Assembly (NCBI GenBank): GCA_002633005.1
Contig: NMRA01000646.1
Location: 62,001-126,000 of the forward strand
Direction of reading: 5' to 3'
DNA: 64,000 nt
From: Phoronis australis
Lineage: Eukaryota; Animalia; Phoronida
This document shows positions 1 through 13,975 of this stretch, piece by piece (the first letter of the stretch is position 1; each line of letters opens with the position of its first letter). A program made the position numbers and the translations under genes. The notes beneath the pieces are model-generated. The model did not search any database, was not told where the DNA came from, and saw only the letters and a program-made list of their open reading frames with translations.

Positions 1-1048
1 AAACTGGTTCTCAAAATGCAGGCACATTATATCTGACTATTGCCTGCATTAACATGAACAGTTTGCTTCGTATCCGCCTCACAAAATATATTCTATCAGT
101 GAATAATGCCAACCAGAAACAAGACAAAATATATCACAGGTACTTTGGCATAAAAAGAATGATGTCATATTTACCTTTACAGGTCAATGCCAAAAGTCTG
201 TTATCAATTTTCTACCAAAAGAAAATATGTACCGCATTTGTTCGGGTTAAAGAATAAGTTGGCTTAAAGATTCAAAAAGGACGCAACTCAGTTAACTTTG
301 AGAAACAGATTCAGTGGCACCTTGCCATATTTGGGAGAAGTAGACACAAGACCATTTTTTTGGTTCATGTGAATTTTAACATATTACAAAAAATGGTGAA
401 GGCAAATTTGCATGAGAAAATTGACCAATTGAGTAAATGCCTATACTCAGCTTCTCAAAAATTTCCTTTTAAACGCCCATTCTTGGCTTAACACCAACCT
501 CAGGATTTTTCAATTTCCCCATTTCAGCAACCTGTGAGTTAACTCAGAGAAGAGTGGTGAGTAAGAGTTCAAGTAACACAGCGAGCACTACACACTGAAT
601 TGTGATCTTGTGACTTTAGAACTACTTTTATAGAAATAATGTTGTTAATTATCGGTGGTCTGGAAATCCCCGCCAGTACCCCGACGAAGGACCCAGGACA
701 GGCCCAACAGCAAGTTCCTTAAATTGATTATGTAATGACGCCACTTATGAATATTCGTTCAACTACTTTTCTTATAGTGTAATGAATGTTCATAACTTAG
801 CCACGTGACTGGGAGATCCCCACCATTCCACGACAAAACGGGCCTGAAAGCTAGACTATCAAATATAACCAGGCTGCCGATAGGTAACAATCATTAATTA
901 TTTCAATATTTTTTACATTTTCTTATCACATATTAAGGGTGATTTGCTCTTATTGTGATAACTCCTTAAGGTGTGAGGAATCAAAAAAAGTAATTTGTAT
1001 ATTATCATGGAAGTCTTGAAAACTTTAAAGACAATGTTTATTATTTAC

Positions 1049-4000
1049 CTTTGGTTGTTAAGCTTGGTGAATTTATCCTTGTCAGCACTGGAGACGCTGA
1101 TAATTTCCTTCAACACAGGAGAGTTTGCTGTCACATTCTGGTTGTCTACATACACATCATAAAGACCTGTCTTATGCTGGAATATACTCTCTGTTGTACC
1201 TAAAATATTAATTCAATCTCCGTGACAAGAAAGCACTCAGAGATTGCAGAGATTTACCAAGGCGTCATAGTCCATGTGTAATGTATTACCAGCACAATGC
1301 ACATTATATCCATAAGCAGACGTGCTGAACATGTAGACTGTCTTGATCGATTATAGTAAAGACAGAGGGCGTGTGCACTAATGGTATTATAATTCATAAC
1401 AATACTGAATGTTACTTTGTATTTCAATGGTCTTTTAATGGACATAATGCCGGGGACCAATCTCAAAACCTAATAGACTGACTATGGCCCAAATGGCTTT
1501 TGAAATCCCAAATAAAGGAATTATAAACACAACTAAGAAACTCACAGGCTACGTATGATAGTTCATTCTCCAAACTGTCGATGTCGGCAACGTTCACATA
1601 GAAGTAAGGCTTCAGGTCGGTGGTGTTGATGCCCGGCATGTGGTGCATAGCCAAACAGCAGGCACAGTAAACTATAACATGCGAGAGATAATTAGGGTTG
1701 AAGCACACGTCACAGTGAGCAACAAGACATGGTAGGTACCGTGAAGCTTCTAATACAAGCCTAGGCATTTATTAATTTCAAAAAAGCATAACAAGCTGAG
1801 AGGAAGCTGAGTCACCCACAGGTAAACTTTGACAGAAAAACATTACGGTAAAAATTCTCCAGAATTTGGGACACGGAAACTCCTACAAAAACTGAGTTTT
1901 CTTTATTCTGGAATTTGAGACAAGGGTGATTTTGGCATGCGGCTAACATGATTTCAATGTGCACAGTGGGTAATTTTGCTGTCTTTCTGCCAATTCTAGA
2001 ATTTGGTATGGCCAATATTGCCTCCTATTTCTACAATTTGGGACAAGCATCAACCTTGAGCAAAATAAATAATTTTTCACTGTCTCAAATTGGAGAATAT
2101 TTACCGTACTTGAGTAAGAGCCATAATGGCACAATACCGGCTATCTACATGTAGTATGATGATTACAAATACATCACAAAAAGAAAACAAATTAAAACCT
2201 TCTGTTACGTGTAACTATGGGAATCAACCAACCTCTGTAACACACGACCCCAATAGGGGGCGGTGAGAAGAACAGAATGCGTTTCTTGAGTAGCGCAAAC
2301 TTCCACAGTGTGAAGATGTGAATGCCAAAAAAGTTGAGAAACTGTGAGAAGCAACCAGCAGGATGAGTAATCTGCAGACAAAAGACAATAATTTGATTAA
2401 TAATTAATGGACAGGTAATGTGACCAGGTATGAACCTGTAGATGTACCTGCAGTACACGGCAAAAGTAAGTGGACAAAACACTGTTTCTCCATAGCTAAC
2501 ACCCTTCACAGATAAATCACAGAAAATGAACTGTCATTGCAGCAAATTTCTAATGACAAAATAGCATTTCTATCATAGCAACTTTCTGGTAAATTGCCTT
2601 TCATTCACGACAGAAGGTCGCTATGTCGATGAATTTGATTTGTGTCCAGCCATCATGAAGTGTAATTCTAGGCTATTTAGTCTGAATACTATTAGTGTGT
2701 ACTGTACAATGCAAACAATGTTACAGTACATCGCATGAAAATGAAACATTAGACTCAACATTCTAGATTAGCCTTACAAACTTGCAATGTAACTAAAAAT
2801 GATAGTCACCGGTATTCAGCTAACCTCGCTGAATTTCCCTATGGTCAATATACGTGTTCAATTTTATTTTAAAATAAGAATTGCTTTCTCACTTAATAAC
2901 TTCCAAAGAAGACAGTAGATTATTTAGGCAACTGAATATTGAGTTCCAGATTTGATTCACCTTTAGCTTGCTAGAACATCAAAGTTGTTTACAGCACAAC
3001 AAAAGTCAACTTTATTTCTCAGACATGTCGCAGAGCTCAGTACATTTCACAATTCACCTGTCAGTAGAGCTACATTCCACACGTATTCAAAATTAAAATC
3101 CATTTTTCAGTTTACAATGTATTCAGTTGTCCCATGAAACTAATGATTTCTGTTTCATTTACCCTTAACTCAGGCAGTAATTCACTTCCGGGTGAGCCAG
3201 CATTCAGCTGACGTAGGTTGTCCACAGAGTGACTGGGGGGCAGTACGCCCTTTTTATCCTCATAGAATGCCATCATCTTCTCATAGTTTCCGGGGGTCTC
3301 CAGCTGATGCCTGGACAAGTTAAAGAATATTCCAAGATTTAGAACAAAGTCATCAGACAATTTTTTACTGCTCCAGTGCATAGACTGATCATATAACAAG
3401 ATCTGAAATCTTGTTTCATTTTCCTTTATCATGAATTATTTTCCAACAAAAAAAACAAAAACACTGTAATTTATGTGCATAAATTGCAGTCGAGCATAAC
3501 CAAATGCATGAATCTTTTAGGCACAAAATGAGGAATTTGTGATAGACCTTATGAACTTGAGTTTTACCTTTTTCCGAATTTTTTTCGTGCATGGAAACTA
3601 TTTCACTTTTTCAACTGTTTCCATGGTTTCAATGATCAGATACAATTTTAGAAGTGTGACCCAAGTCATTGGTGGCTACAAATTTTAACACGTGATTATT
3701 TAACGCATTAAAATTGCAATACCCCCTTATTTTGTCTTGAATAATACACATTGCATCCAGAATGTAACTCAAGGATAATGCAGAAGAGCCGGTCAAAACT
3801 AATTTAGTCAGTGACCAAAATAACAAAGCTAGCAATATGGAGTCTTGCTGTGAAAAAAAAAGATTCAACTGTGAATTTACGTGTTTCAGTGGTTTAATTG
3901 AAATACTGTTAACCTGTTTAGACAAATCACTGTTCTTGTAACGTACTAAATAGCAGACGAAATTACACATGAAAATAGGAATCAATCATGCAGACGAAAT

Positions 4001-7000
4001 GATAACATGAAACACAGGTCCTCCAAATTGGCTTTACAGATTTGAGGCCCTGTGTGGTTCAATTGACCAAGAGCACATTTTTCTAAAATGTTCCCTGAAT
4101 GATGAGCAGGAGCAATATACAATCATGCCAAATTAGTTTCCATGTACAACTTCTGTCCATAATTTCTAACCATGTTTCTGCCATGATCTTAACAGACTCC
4201 ATACAGGTGTCTTGCTACAGCCTCCATGGAGTTCACGTGTCTTACCGCACTTGTGTTTCTAAGAACTGCATGTGACGATACAACAATGTGTAAGACGTAG
4301 CCATAATGCCTACGGACTTCATACGGGCCCCTCTCTCTAACTCCGATTGAACGCGCATGTTCTCAAAGCAGGCCAAGCCAAACAAATCATCTTTGCGGAA
4401 ATATCTGTAAACATATTGAAACATGAATTTGAGAATGTTTTAGTAATCAGCTGAGAACATGGACAAAGTTGAAGTTGATATCTTATATTAAAGAACATTG
4501 ATATTTATTCTGTAAACAAATGGTGAGAATTCTGACAATTCAAATTTGAAAGATAATGATTTATTCCAGCTCAGTGAGCATTCACAGTAATAGAGAAAAA
4601 TGCATGAGTCAAGACAGAAAAACATAGCCACGTCCATGTGCTGTGCCATACACATCCTGTTGTCATTAATAGGCACAATAAATTACCATCATTAAAAATC
4701 TACAGCTATTATGCATATCTTCTTATGCCTTTTACAAAATAGTTCCATTGCACAGTTTTAAGAATCGCTTGAAACAAGATATAAACATCCTGTCAAAGTT
4801 ACACATTATACTATCATAACATTTTATGAATTTAATGATCAAGACTGTTTTAACAACTTTAAACTCAGTCTGCAAACTCTGAGCAATACACTTACACAAA
4901 ATCATTGGCCAAGTGATGCGATCCACTGGGCATTGCTTTGAACTCAATGCCCTCCAAGTCAATATCTCTAGGAATGCACCACTCAATCATGTTACCTAAA
5001 AGAAATAAAACTCAAACTTACTTGAGGTCATGCACACATTTTAACAGTTAAACTTTGCTCATTAAAACACAATTTACTGGCAATCTGCAGTAAGTACAAT
5101 ACAAAAGAAACATGTTAATTTGCATTGCTTTATTTTTCAGCACATGACTGTGTAATACAAGTTGGTGTTTGTTAAAGCAATCATCTAATCATTCTTTCCT
5201 TTTAGTGATAACATATATAAGTGCTACACTCCAACCCCAAAGTGACATTAAGTGCATTTATTTGACTGATAAAGCACCAAAATAGGTTAACATGTTCAAT
5301 TTCCTGTTCATCACCACGTCAGTCCGCCGATAACCAAATGAAAGTGAAATGACAACGCTTCCTGTAGCTATTTAACAATTATACCAATTTAAAATTTGAT
5401 AATCTGACTCTAAATGTGGCTAACTTTTGATTTAAAAAAATTAGTGCTGTAAAACTGATCTCATAAACCAATGGGAGACCTTCAAGAACGAATGGGGGAT
5501 GATCACATGGAACTGGTGACTCATATCTCCACCTAGCTATACCAGTAGTTTCCTCACCTTCAAAGAGGGGAACAGAATGCCATCATGAAAAGACCCTTTT
5601 ACAGTGTATGTGAATAGAAGTGGTGTGATTCAAACAAAAGTTAAAAAGTGCCTCCTTGTCCTTTAAAAGCCATGTGATTAGTCGAGACATTGCTTCTGGA
5701 AAGTGTCCCATTATGTACCCTGCTTACCAATGAGCCCAATGGAATTACTTTCATCAACGCGTATGGTCAAACTTGGTTTTAACTAAATCGTTTTTGGCTA
5801 ATATTTATTGTATTTCATTGGCAAAAAAGCTTTTCCAACATAACGTTTTCAAAGAGAATTCAATTTCAGATCTCAAACTGGTTGAAAAGTTACCAGTCTT
5901 AGTCGAAGATAGTTTCATTTATTTCAGCCAGTGTTTTATTGCCCTGAAGTCCTTGCTAATGCGGTAATCGCCCTGACCACACAAAAGAAGCAAGATCAGT
6001 GTTCTTGATAATGAAGGATTCTATGTACCACTATCTCTGTACAAATTCAATGACAAAGGACATCCAGACGTAGTAGGAGCCAAGTTTCTAATGTCACCTA
6101 CATACATCTCAGGGACTAGCACATGTTCAATGGCATCCAACTAAGGCTTACTTGACCGCCATTGATAAGTGATAGGCTTGTTGCAATTATACTATATTGC
6201 TCAGGTTCACTAGTTACGCTTGACAGAGTGCACAGTACTTTTAGTCTGCCGCCAAACCATTAACGGCCAATAGGCTAGCCTGTAACCAGACCAGCTTTAA
6301 CTAAGCAAAGGTACAGAGTTGAGAAGCTAAGTTCAAGGGCTTGACGATCTACTTATGAGGCTGACATCCAGGAAACTGTGTCACTGATGAATCACATGAC
6401 AGCACAAGACAGAGATAATGATGAATGATGTTGATGATTGCTCAAGGTTCTAGAGGCCGACACAACAAACAGTCATGTCAACAACAGTACAGGGCAAATA
6501 AAGTCCTCTCAAAATCACTCACTCATGGGCAATGACAATTGTTCTTTGGCTTATTGGTCTGGACACTCAACTCAAACACCGGCGACATGTGTTCGACACC
6601 AGCAATGCCAGTAGACAGAGTAGTGCACTAGTGGCAGTGCCGAGTGTTTGGATTTTTCTGACAAGTCGCTGCACTAACAAACCAGTTTAAAGTTACAAAA
6701 AAATATGTCTCATATATCAAGTCGCTAAAAAAATAAAATTGCTTTCTTAATGTACAATCAGAACTGAGCCTATGGTAGTCAACACAAATATTAAAATTGC
6801 AGGTCACCTGATCGAGTGTCGAAAGCAACAACAAAAATGCAAGTGACCACGTCGGCTTCCGTATGCCTCGGTAGACGTGTAGGTTGGTTAATGAATATTC
6901 CCGAATTATTTCCATTTCTAAAGGCTTCTGGTACTTCAAGCTCCTCGTCCGACTCGAAAAGAGACTTCACTTTTTCTCTTGGTGGTAGAAATTCTGTTTT

Positions 7001-7051
7001 TATCCCGTCATCACCGAGCAACAGAGGTTTTCGTTCGTCTTCCTCTGCCAT
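1049..7051 (-). CDS. DENND11: DENN domain-containing protein 11 (LCHN/KIAA1147) ortholog, 7 exons visible, 3' end outside window
   Basis: Exons (-): 7051-6808, 4995-4896, 4404-4246, 3310-3163, 2371-2233, 1671-1546, 1199-1049. All introns are GT-AG with consistent phases. The spliced product contains [81 protein letters not shown] and [15 protein letters not shown], which match DENND11 as I recall it. In-frame upstream ATGs (e.g. 7069) are possible. Confidence 0.93.
1846..2106. mobile_element. MITE family A (Tc1/mariner-like, TA-flanked)
   Basis: TA|CGGTAAAAATTCTCC ... GGAGAATATTTACCG|TA terminal inverted repeats. Homologous copies at ~13709-13975 and ~19983-20270. Confidence 0.75.
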
Positions 7052-8050
7052 TTTGTAGAACAGAGACATCTGGCGGGGCATTAATTATTATGATTTTTTA
7101 AAAGGTCAATCCCCGCTCAGTCGTGGCAGTGCTAAGTGGACAATGCCGGTGACTTAATTTGTTATTAATCAAAACAGTCTCGCTAATTCGACTAACCTCG
7201 GATTTGATAACTGCTCTTAATAGGATGTTATTTTCATACACAAAAGTGCTTAGTGAGTTTGGACCCTTGTATCACTCCTTCAATAAAGACATGAATGATG
7301 ACTCCGGAGATGACCTTTGTGGCCCTATGGTTATTGATTGACTTATTGGTTGATTGATTCAGGTACGTTGGCTGGTTAACTGAATAGAAATTGACCATAC
7401 AATTCAAAAACGAGTACAACACACTCTAAAATAGAGACATCTAGACAAGGCACATAACACTGAATTATGTTTGAAAAGTCTTTCGAGCTTTTTAATTTTG
7501 CGCGAACGCAATTAGGCCTATTTCATTGAAAAGGCTAAGAAGTTTTATGTGAGCTCAACGTTTCATTTCAGACTTGCGACTAACTTCGTATTTAGTTCTG
7601 GTTAATTTAACATGGGCCTCTGGAGCCTCGTGTGTCCTTCCTCGAGAGCATTATTATTTTTTATGGACACCTGTCATTACAAAATGACAAAAAATAGATC
7701 ATTGTGCCGAAATGAATAAGCTATTGACCCACCTAGGCGGTCGGGACATATGTATCGAATGTGAATGCTTTTTACTCGTCTTGTCAGTGCACCACTAACC
7801 ATTGATACTGAGGGACTTGTCGTTTTTGCACGTACATATGTATTCCATGCGCTTATGTGTGAAACTGCTCCTATACCGGCATTATGCCCCCGCCAGCGGA
7901 AATTAACGAATGCGCGTGTAGGTGAAAAGCTTGAGCAAAATTGATGAACACATTTTTCAATGAAATAGCAGGCCCGTAGGAAGGAAAATATTATTGGGGG
8001 ACACAAACCAGTTTGACTTCGCCAACCTATACCCCTTTGCTATCAACGCC

Positions 8051-8086
<36 letters not shown>

Positions 8087-8535
8087 NNNNNNNNNNNNNN
8101 NNNNNNNNNNNNNNNNNNNNNNNNNNNNNNNNNNNNNNNCCCCCGTTCTCTGGATGTCACCATATTTGTACCGAACCCCACCCCCACGTCCGCCATAGGT
8201 GGGGTAATACCGGGGATGCAGTCATCAGGATTTGAGTAACCGTAAACCAACAAATCAACAAAGATTCACGGAGAGTAAGAATGCGTCTAGGCCCAGAGCG
8301 CACTGACGGGTAGCTGGGAGCTGCCTGAAGTAACAATAGCTGGGTCGAAGGTCAAGGTTCCTTTTGTTATGATCCATTTTCGGGAAAACTTCATTTTATT
8401 ATGGGGATTCTTTGAAGTAATTTTTGGGAAGGTGAGGTCCCGAGGTGCCTGGTATGAGTGCCGTTGTGGCCGTTTCAGAATCCCGTGATGAAACACAGGC
8501 GGTAGTCCAGTTTCTGGTTGCTGGGGAAAATGATA

Positions 8536-9180
8536 CAGAGTGTCTCCCAAAAATGTACACACTTCAACGTCGGGGTTCAAATTCAGTTCCCGTTGGTAAC
8601 TGAGACTCTAAGCAGGCCTACTGCATGGCTACACCTTATTTTTAACGTGGATGTACCTGTCATGATGTCCTCCGTGCATGCACGCACGTAGGGGGACTCA
8701 GGGGGTTGGGAAAGTGGGCAAAAAGGTCCGCCTCAGAGAAACAAAATATCCGAGAAAAACGAGACAAAAGTCTACTAAAAAGGCAGGATACGGCGTATGC
8801 ACAAATCATAGCCCTGAACGAACCCCATATTCGGTTTTTTCTTTAGTAAAAGGTCCACATCCTCAAAAATTCGAGCCCCCTTGATTTTAGGCTGGATGCG
8901 CGAATGCCCTGTGTGTAGTATGCATGGGAAATGCAAGCAAACGATTCAGTTTTGAAGAACAAAAATTCATCGCGCAATACTACTGGAAACCAAAAACATC
9001 GAGGAAGTTCAAAGACATCCTTTCCAAGTTGATGACCAATAAGTTTGATTTTATTTATTTAAGTACCTAAACTTCGTTTTTCATCTACGGTTTGTGAACT
9101 TAAACCCAGTAATCTAGTTTCTAAGCCAGTAAACAATTTATTGTCATTTGAATTGTGAGAACATTTTAGGACACATTGTT
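8536..9180 (+). mobile_element. Decayed Tc1/mariner-type DNA transposon remnant with N-terminal transposase fragment
   Basis: TA|CAGAGTGTCTCCCAAAAATG left end and a degenerate inverse (CATTTTAGGACACATTGT) near 9170. 8924-9020 reads MGNASKRFSFEEQKFIAQYYWK/(frameshift)TKNIEEVQRH, resembling the DUF4817-type HTH start of mariner-like transposases. Confidence 0.5.
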
Positions 9181-9780
9181 GAGTTGTCGAAATTCATCAA
9201 TATCCTTGAGACTTATTTCAGATAGACAGAAATCGTTTAGTGTACTTTTATATTTTCCCAATACCGGCCTGCAATTAAATGCATTGAAGTATTGTCATTT
9301 CTTACAAGATTAGCTTCTAATTGTCAAAAAATCATCTCTCAATCAGTACACTTTCTTAGATACATAAACATGTGAATCAGAAACCAACAATCAAATCCAT
9401 GAGCAATGCGTTTACCTTTATTTAATGACTTGATTTCGTTTTAATCCCCTGTTAGTGACTTTAAACAACAAATCTTGTACCCGAAGTCAAAAAGCAATGC
9501 ATTTATTGTCATTTGAATTTCGAATAAATTTTTTTGGGAAGTGTCCAAATTTCATCAATGTTTTTGAGAGTTATTTTAGATAGGCAAAAAGCGTCCAAGT
9601 GCACTTTACTATTTGAGGATCGGATTGTAGTTTTTTCCATATTCAGGCTTCAACTTAATTCCCTGAATCGTCATCATGTCTTAAAAGATTAGCTTCTATT
9701 TGCCAAAAATCACCTATTAACCTGTCGGTTTTCGTAGATACATAAACATGTATATCAGAAACCAACAAATTTGTAAATCA
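9136..9780. repeat. Diverged tandem duplication, ~365 bp period
   Basis: ATTTATTGTCATTTGAATT...AGATTAGCTTCT...TAGATACATAAACATGT...ATCAGAAACCAACAA occurs at ~9136-9390 and ~9501-9770. Confidence 0.75.
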
Positions 9781-12700
9781 AAACGGAATGTCATAAGCAA
9801 TTTCCGCATGCATGCTCGCAGACTTTTGACGGGTAACCGGGGGATATGGGAGATTGGGCATTCATAGTGAGGTGTATTTTTACCTTTTCCGAGGTATCTA
9901 TAACGGTTCACGAATTTAACTTGACCTCAAAAAACGCTGAAATTTTTGTTTAATTTTTTTTACTGTGAGTATTCAAGTACACTCGTTCGACATGTACACG
10001 GTCACCCCAATGGTAGCCCCNCACTAACATTATTTTGTAACTAACCATCGGAAATAGTCCTTTTGTGTAATTAACAAACAACGGTCTTCACGTTCTTTAA
10101 AATTCCTGACTCCCTTACGATGACGGTCAATCCTATTGTATTTTTTCAAATTTTTTGCTTTTTTGGGTCGAATGTCTTGATACTGCTGTGCTGTGCATGA
10201 ATGTTTTTTGATGAATTTCGTATCACAACTTTCCTCGTGAATACTTGGCAGTGTCGGATTTACATGTAAAGAGGGACAAAGGGACATTTCTCCGAACTGC
10301 TCCACCGAGAGAGGGTCCCGTCTGACATGAGCCATCTTAATAATGAAAAGCTAAACACCATTAAGCTTGGAAAAGAGTGACAGTTCATTTCATCGTCGTG
10401 TGGTCAGACGACGGTGCAGGAAGTGACCTTCTTCAACATGAAAGTTGGTTGCACGATTTTACAAAAAATAGGAAAATAGACGTAATCGCAGCCAACGCGG
10501 CAATTGATGATATCTGTCAGGTCATCAAATTTTCTGAAGTGATATACAATTCGAGAAAAAAACGACAGTCGTCTCCGTTATCCTTTGCCAGAGAGGGGCC
10601 TCTGGAAAAATATGGTTTTGCAGTCGCAAAATTGACTTACTGAATTTAAAAATTCCAGTAAATTAATACGCTCATCAAAAGCTTCGCTTTACAAATTTTC
10701 TCGATTTTTCGAAATGTGTGTATGAATGATTACTTGCACGTTTCCAAGTGCGTTTAGACGACCTGTGCTGTGAAAGCGGAGACCCCAACAACAATGTCAT
10801 GGCCAGGGTCCTCATAAGGTTTAATGTTCTCTTGAGTTTTCCTTCTTATCCGCATTTAGCAGTCTTTCTTTTCTCGACTGTCCCCGCCCCATGAGTCGGT
10901 TGCCACGGTTTAACCTTGACGTTTGAAATTTTTTTGGGGGGCCCCGTGCCCCCCGCACCTCCCCCCCCGCTTCCTACGGCCCTGAATAAAAATTGTGCAT
11001 GAAACTTTACTCAACTCCGGCGTTGCAAAATAGAAGACATTGGTGTGCATTCAATTTCACACTAACTGATTAAAGGACCATGAAATTTCACACTAACTAA
11101 ATGAGCATGAAATGTTCTAAGAATGCACTCACATTCATTACGAAGCGGTATCGTAGCCACCTGGCGGTTCATAATACAACAAGCAGTTTGCAGTTAGCGC
11201 ATATAAATGTTACTTAGGCACATACGCGTTCTTCAAAAGCATGTGAGCAACAAATTTCTTTCATTTGGATATAGGTGGGTGGGCATCAACTGTGGTCGCA
11301 AAAACGTTAACCCCGGCTCAACTGAAAGATGAGTTACGGTGAACTTTATTTCTTCGTTGGTTGCTCCAGTCCAAACCAATTTTTGGCATAAATCACGACG
11401 GAAAAACTGTCTAAAACTCATCGCGATAAACGTTGGAGTAAGAATGATGGGTTTGGATGTTCTCAGATGTGGTAAGAGAGTGCGAAATGATACATTTATT
11501 AACTTGATTTCTGAGGTGGAAATAAAAACACAAGCAATATGATCTACTGCGGCGGAAATTCCTGCAACTAGGAAAACGCCACTTCGGTGGATCTGCGTTG
11601 CCGCATCTTTAAAACGGAGCTGTCGGGTACAGCCGGACTTGCTGACAAGGTTCAACCACACAGTTTAGAAAAGCTATTAGAACGTTTTTATTCAAAACCT
11701 AGCGGGATATGAGGCTTACATGTTGAACCGCGTTACAACGAACCATTAAAATTCCATTCGATTCTCAGATCTCCGAAATGTTGTACACATATAAAATTTA
11801 GTTGGTGAGCTAACTTCGGTTAAGAACATTTTAGAAAGTTCTAGTTGATTGTGTTGTAAGCTGTTCAACTGTAGGCTTATCTCTGTCACCCGGATTTTTT
11901 TCACGAAGACATAGAAAGAATGGAGAAATTTGTACATTCTGAGCAGCAAAGTTTACCTATGCTCACAAATCTTGTTGTCATGGCAACTCATTATCGAGGC
12001 TGTGGTTTACATTGACAAGATGGGACACTGACTCCGCTTTTTGAGTCTGATTGTGAAAACTTTAAAAATGTGTTAAGATGCAAGCATTTCAAAATAAGTA
12101 AACGGATTTTTTTCTGAAAGGAGAAATATTTAATGGTTCGTACCAACAGCGAAAACAAATATTTAATATCATCACTTCACATTTTGTTTCTAATATTGCA
12201 TTTGTATTCCTGTTGATTGAAACCGGTGACACTGTTTTAATTGAAGATTTTATATAGATAAATGACTATTGAGATTTCTATGACTTGATAACCGATTACT
12301 GTGGCATACGATTTTAAATATCGAGATGAGGTCAGCAAACACGCGCAAAAACCGTCAACAATTCCAGAGCCAAATTAAACTCATAGCATCCTCGAACAAC
12401 TTGCTTCTGACCTGCAGTCACTGCTTTGATTGCCAGGAAGAATCCACGACCTAAATGAAAAACATGAAATACGTGCCATGGAGTAGAACTATTGGCTTCG
12501 GTTGTCTCTCGGTCTGTATATTGGCAAACGACAATAGTCTACAGTCTTTCCTTCAGTCATGTTTCTTTGACAAACATTGTTATCTACAGTCAACACTCGT
12601 ACATAAAATTCAGAAAAATTAACTCATTTAATTCTCGTGAAGGCCATGCCACTGAGACAATACAATAAAGTGAAAGCAAGCAAGAAAATTTTCAAAGAAA

Positions 12701-13708
12701 GCTTATTTTTCACTTTCCAACACCTAAAGGGATTCTAAAGATGAACTGTTATATGCTTAGTCTTACCTTAAGTGAACGTGGTTCGAATGTGTAGAGGGCT
12801 GTCATGGAAAATGGTAGTCAGCACTGATGCCTGTTCAGTACTGGTGAGTCAGAACATCCACGATAAAAAAGAAAATCAGTATAACGAAACTTTTTGACAG
12901 AAAAGCTTTATTCAAATTCGGTATCACAGCCTAATAGCCTCACACACTAACATGCATCATAACCACAACACAAGAACCAACAATCATATTTACATGCACA
13001 AAGTGGGTAATTTTCTATATTTGGTAGCACCATTTATCGGTTGTCAATCAAAACAAACAAAACATTAATGAAATATTTGACTCATCAAGAATTTTGAAAT
13101 ACTGGTAGAAAATTTACGGTTTCTAAGTGTGGTTATATATACCATCAACTGGTATAACTGCAAGGACAATGACATCCTGCTCTTTGCATACCCCCCCCCN
13201 CCCCCCACCGTCAACATTCATTTCACATTTCTCAAAAATATTACAAAGTTCTGCGTGGTTTACAAACCTAGTGTATTTACAGAAATGAGGTTTACCATTA
13301 GATTATGGAAATGATAAATTTGGGCCACACAACTGAAGAGTTACGTTATGATGGTACTGCAGTACATTACCATTACAGTGTTTAATATGCACATAATATA
13401 AATGAGACACCACTTGAGAGTAACAGAGATGATTACCTAATACAAACTAACAACAATATATTGCAACCACTGGATACTTTGCTGCACAGACACACATGAC
13501 ACAATAGTTTTCACAGAGCTGACTCAGTTGTGGCATGTATACAATTCAAACGTTAATTCATAATAAATTATAATTAAATAACAAAATTGCCAAGCATGAA
13601 TAACAACAAGCAAAACGAAAAACAAAATACAGGAAATCCAATTTTACAAAATGTGATCATAATTTGTTGATAATATAAATTCTTTCTATTCAAAGAAATA
13701 TAGTAACA

Positions 13709-13975
13709 GTGTAAAAATTCTCCAACTTTGGACACAGAAACACCTGCAAAATTTTAATTTTCTTGATTCTGAAATTTACGACATGGACGATTTTTGTATT
13801 CACCACATTTCTCAAATTTCAGACAATATGTTTTCAATTTACAGATTGGGTAATTTTGGTGTTTTTCTGCTGATTCTTGAATTTAGGACAGCAATATTGC
13901 CTATTTCTAAAATTGTGGACAAGCTCTTACCATGAGCAAAACAATTAATTTTTACCAAATTGGAGAATTTTACTA
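13709..13975. mobile_element. MITE family A copy
   Basis: GTAAAAATTCTCCA...TGGAGAATTTTAC ends; interior aligns by eye with 1846-2106. Confidence 0.7.

Noticed and set aside
11233-11661. 142-aa ORF
   Set aside because: Non-ATG start, no recognisable motif and no splice context.
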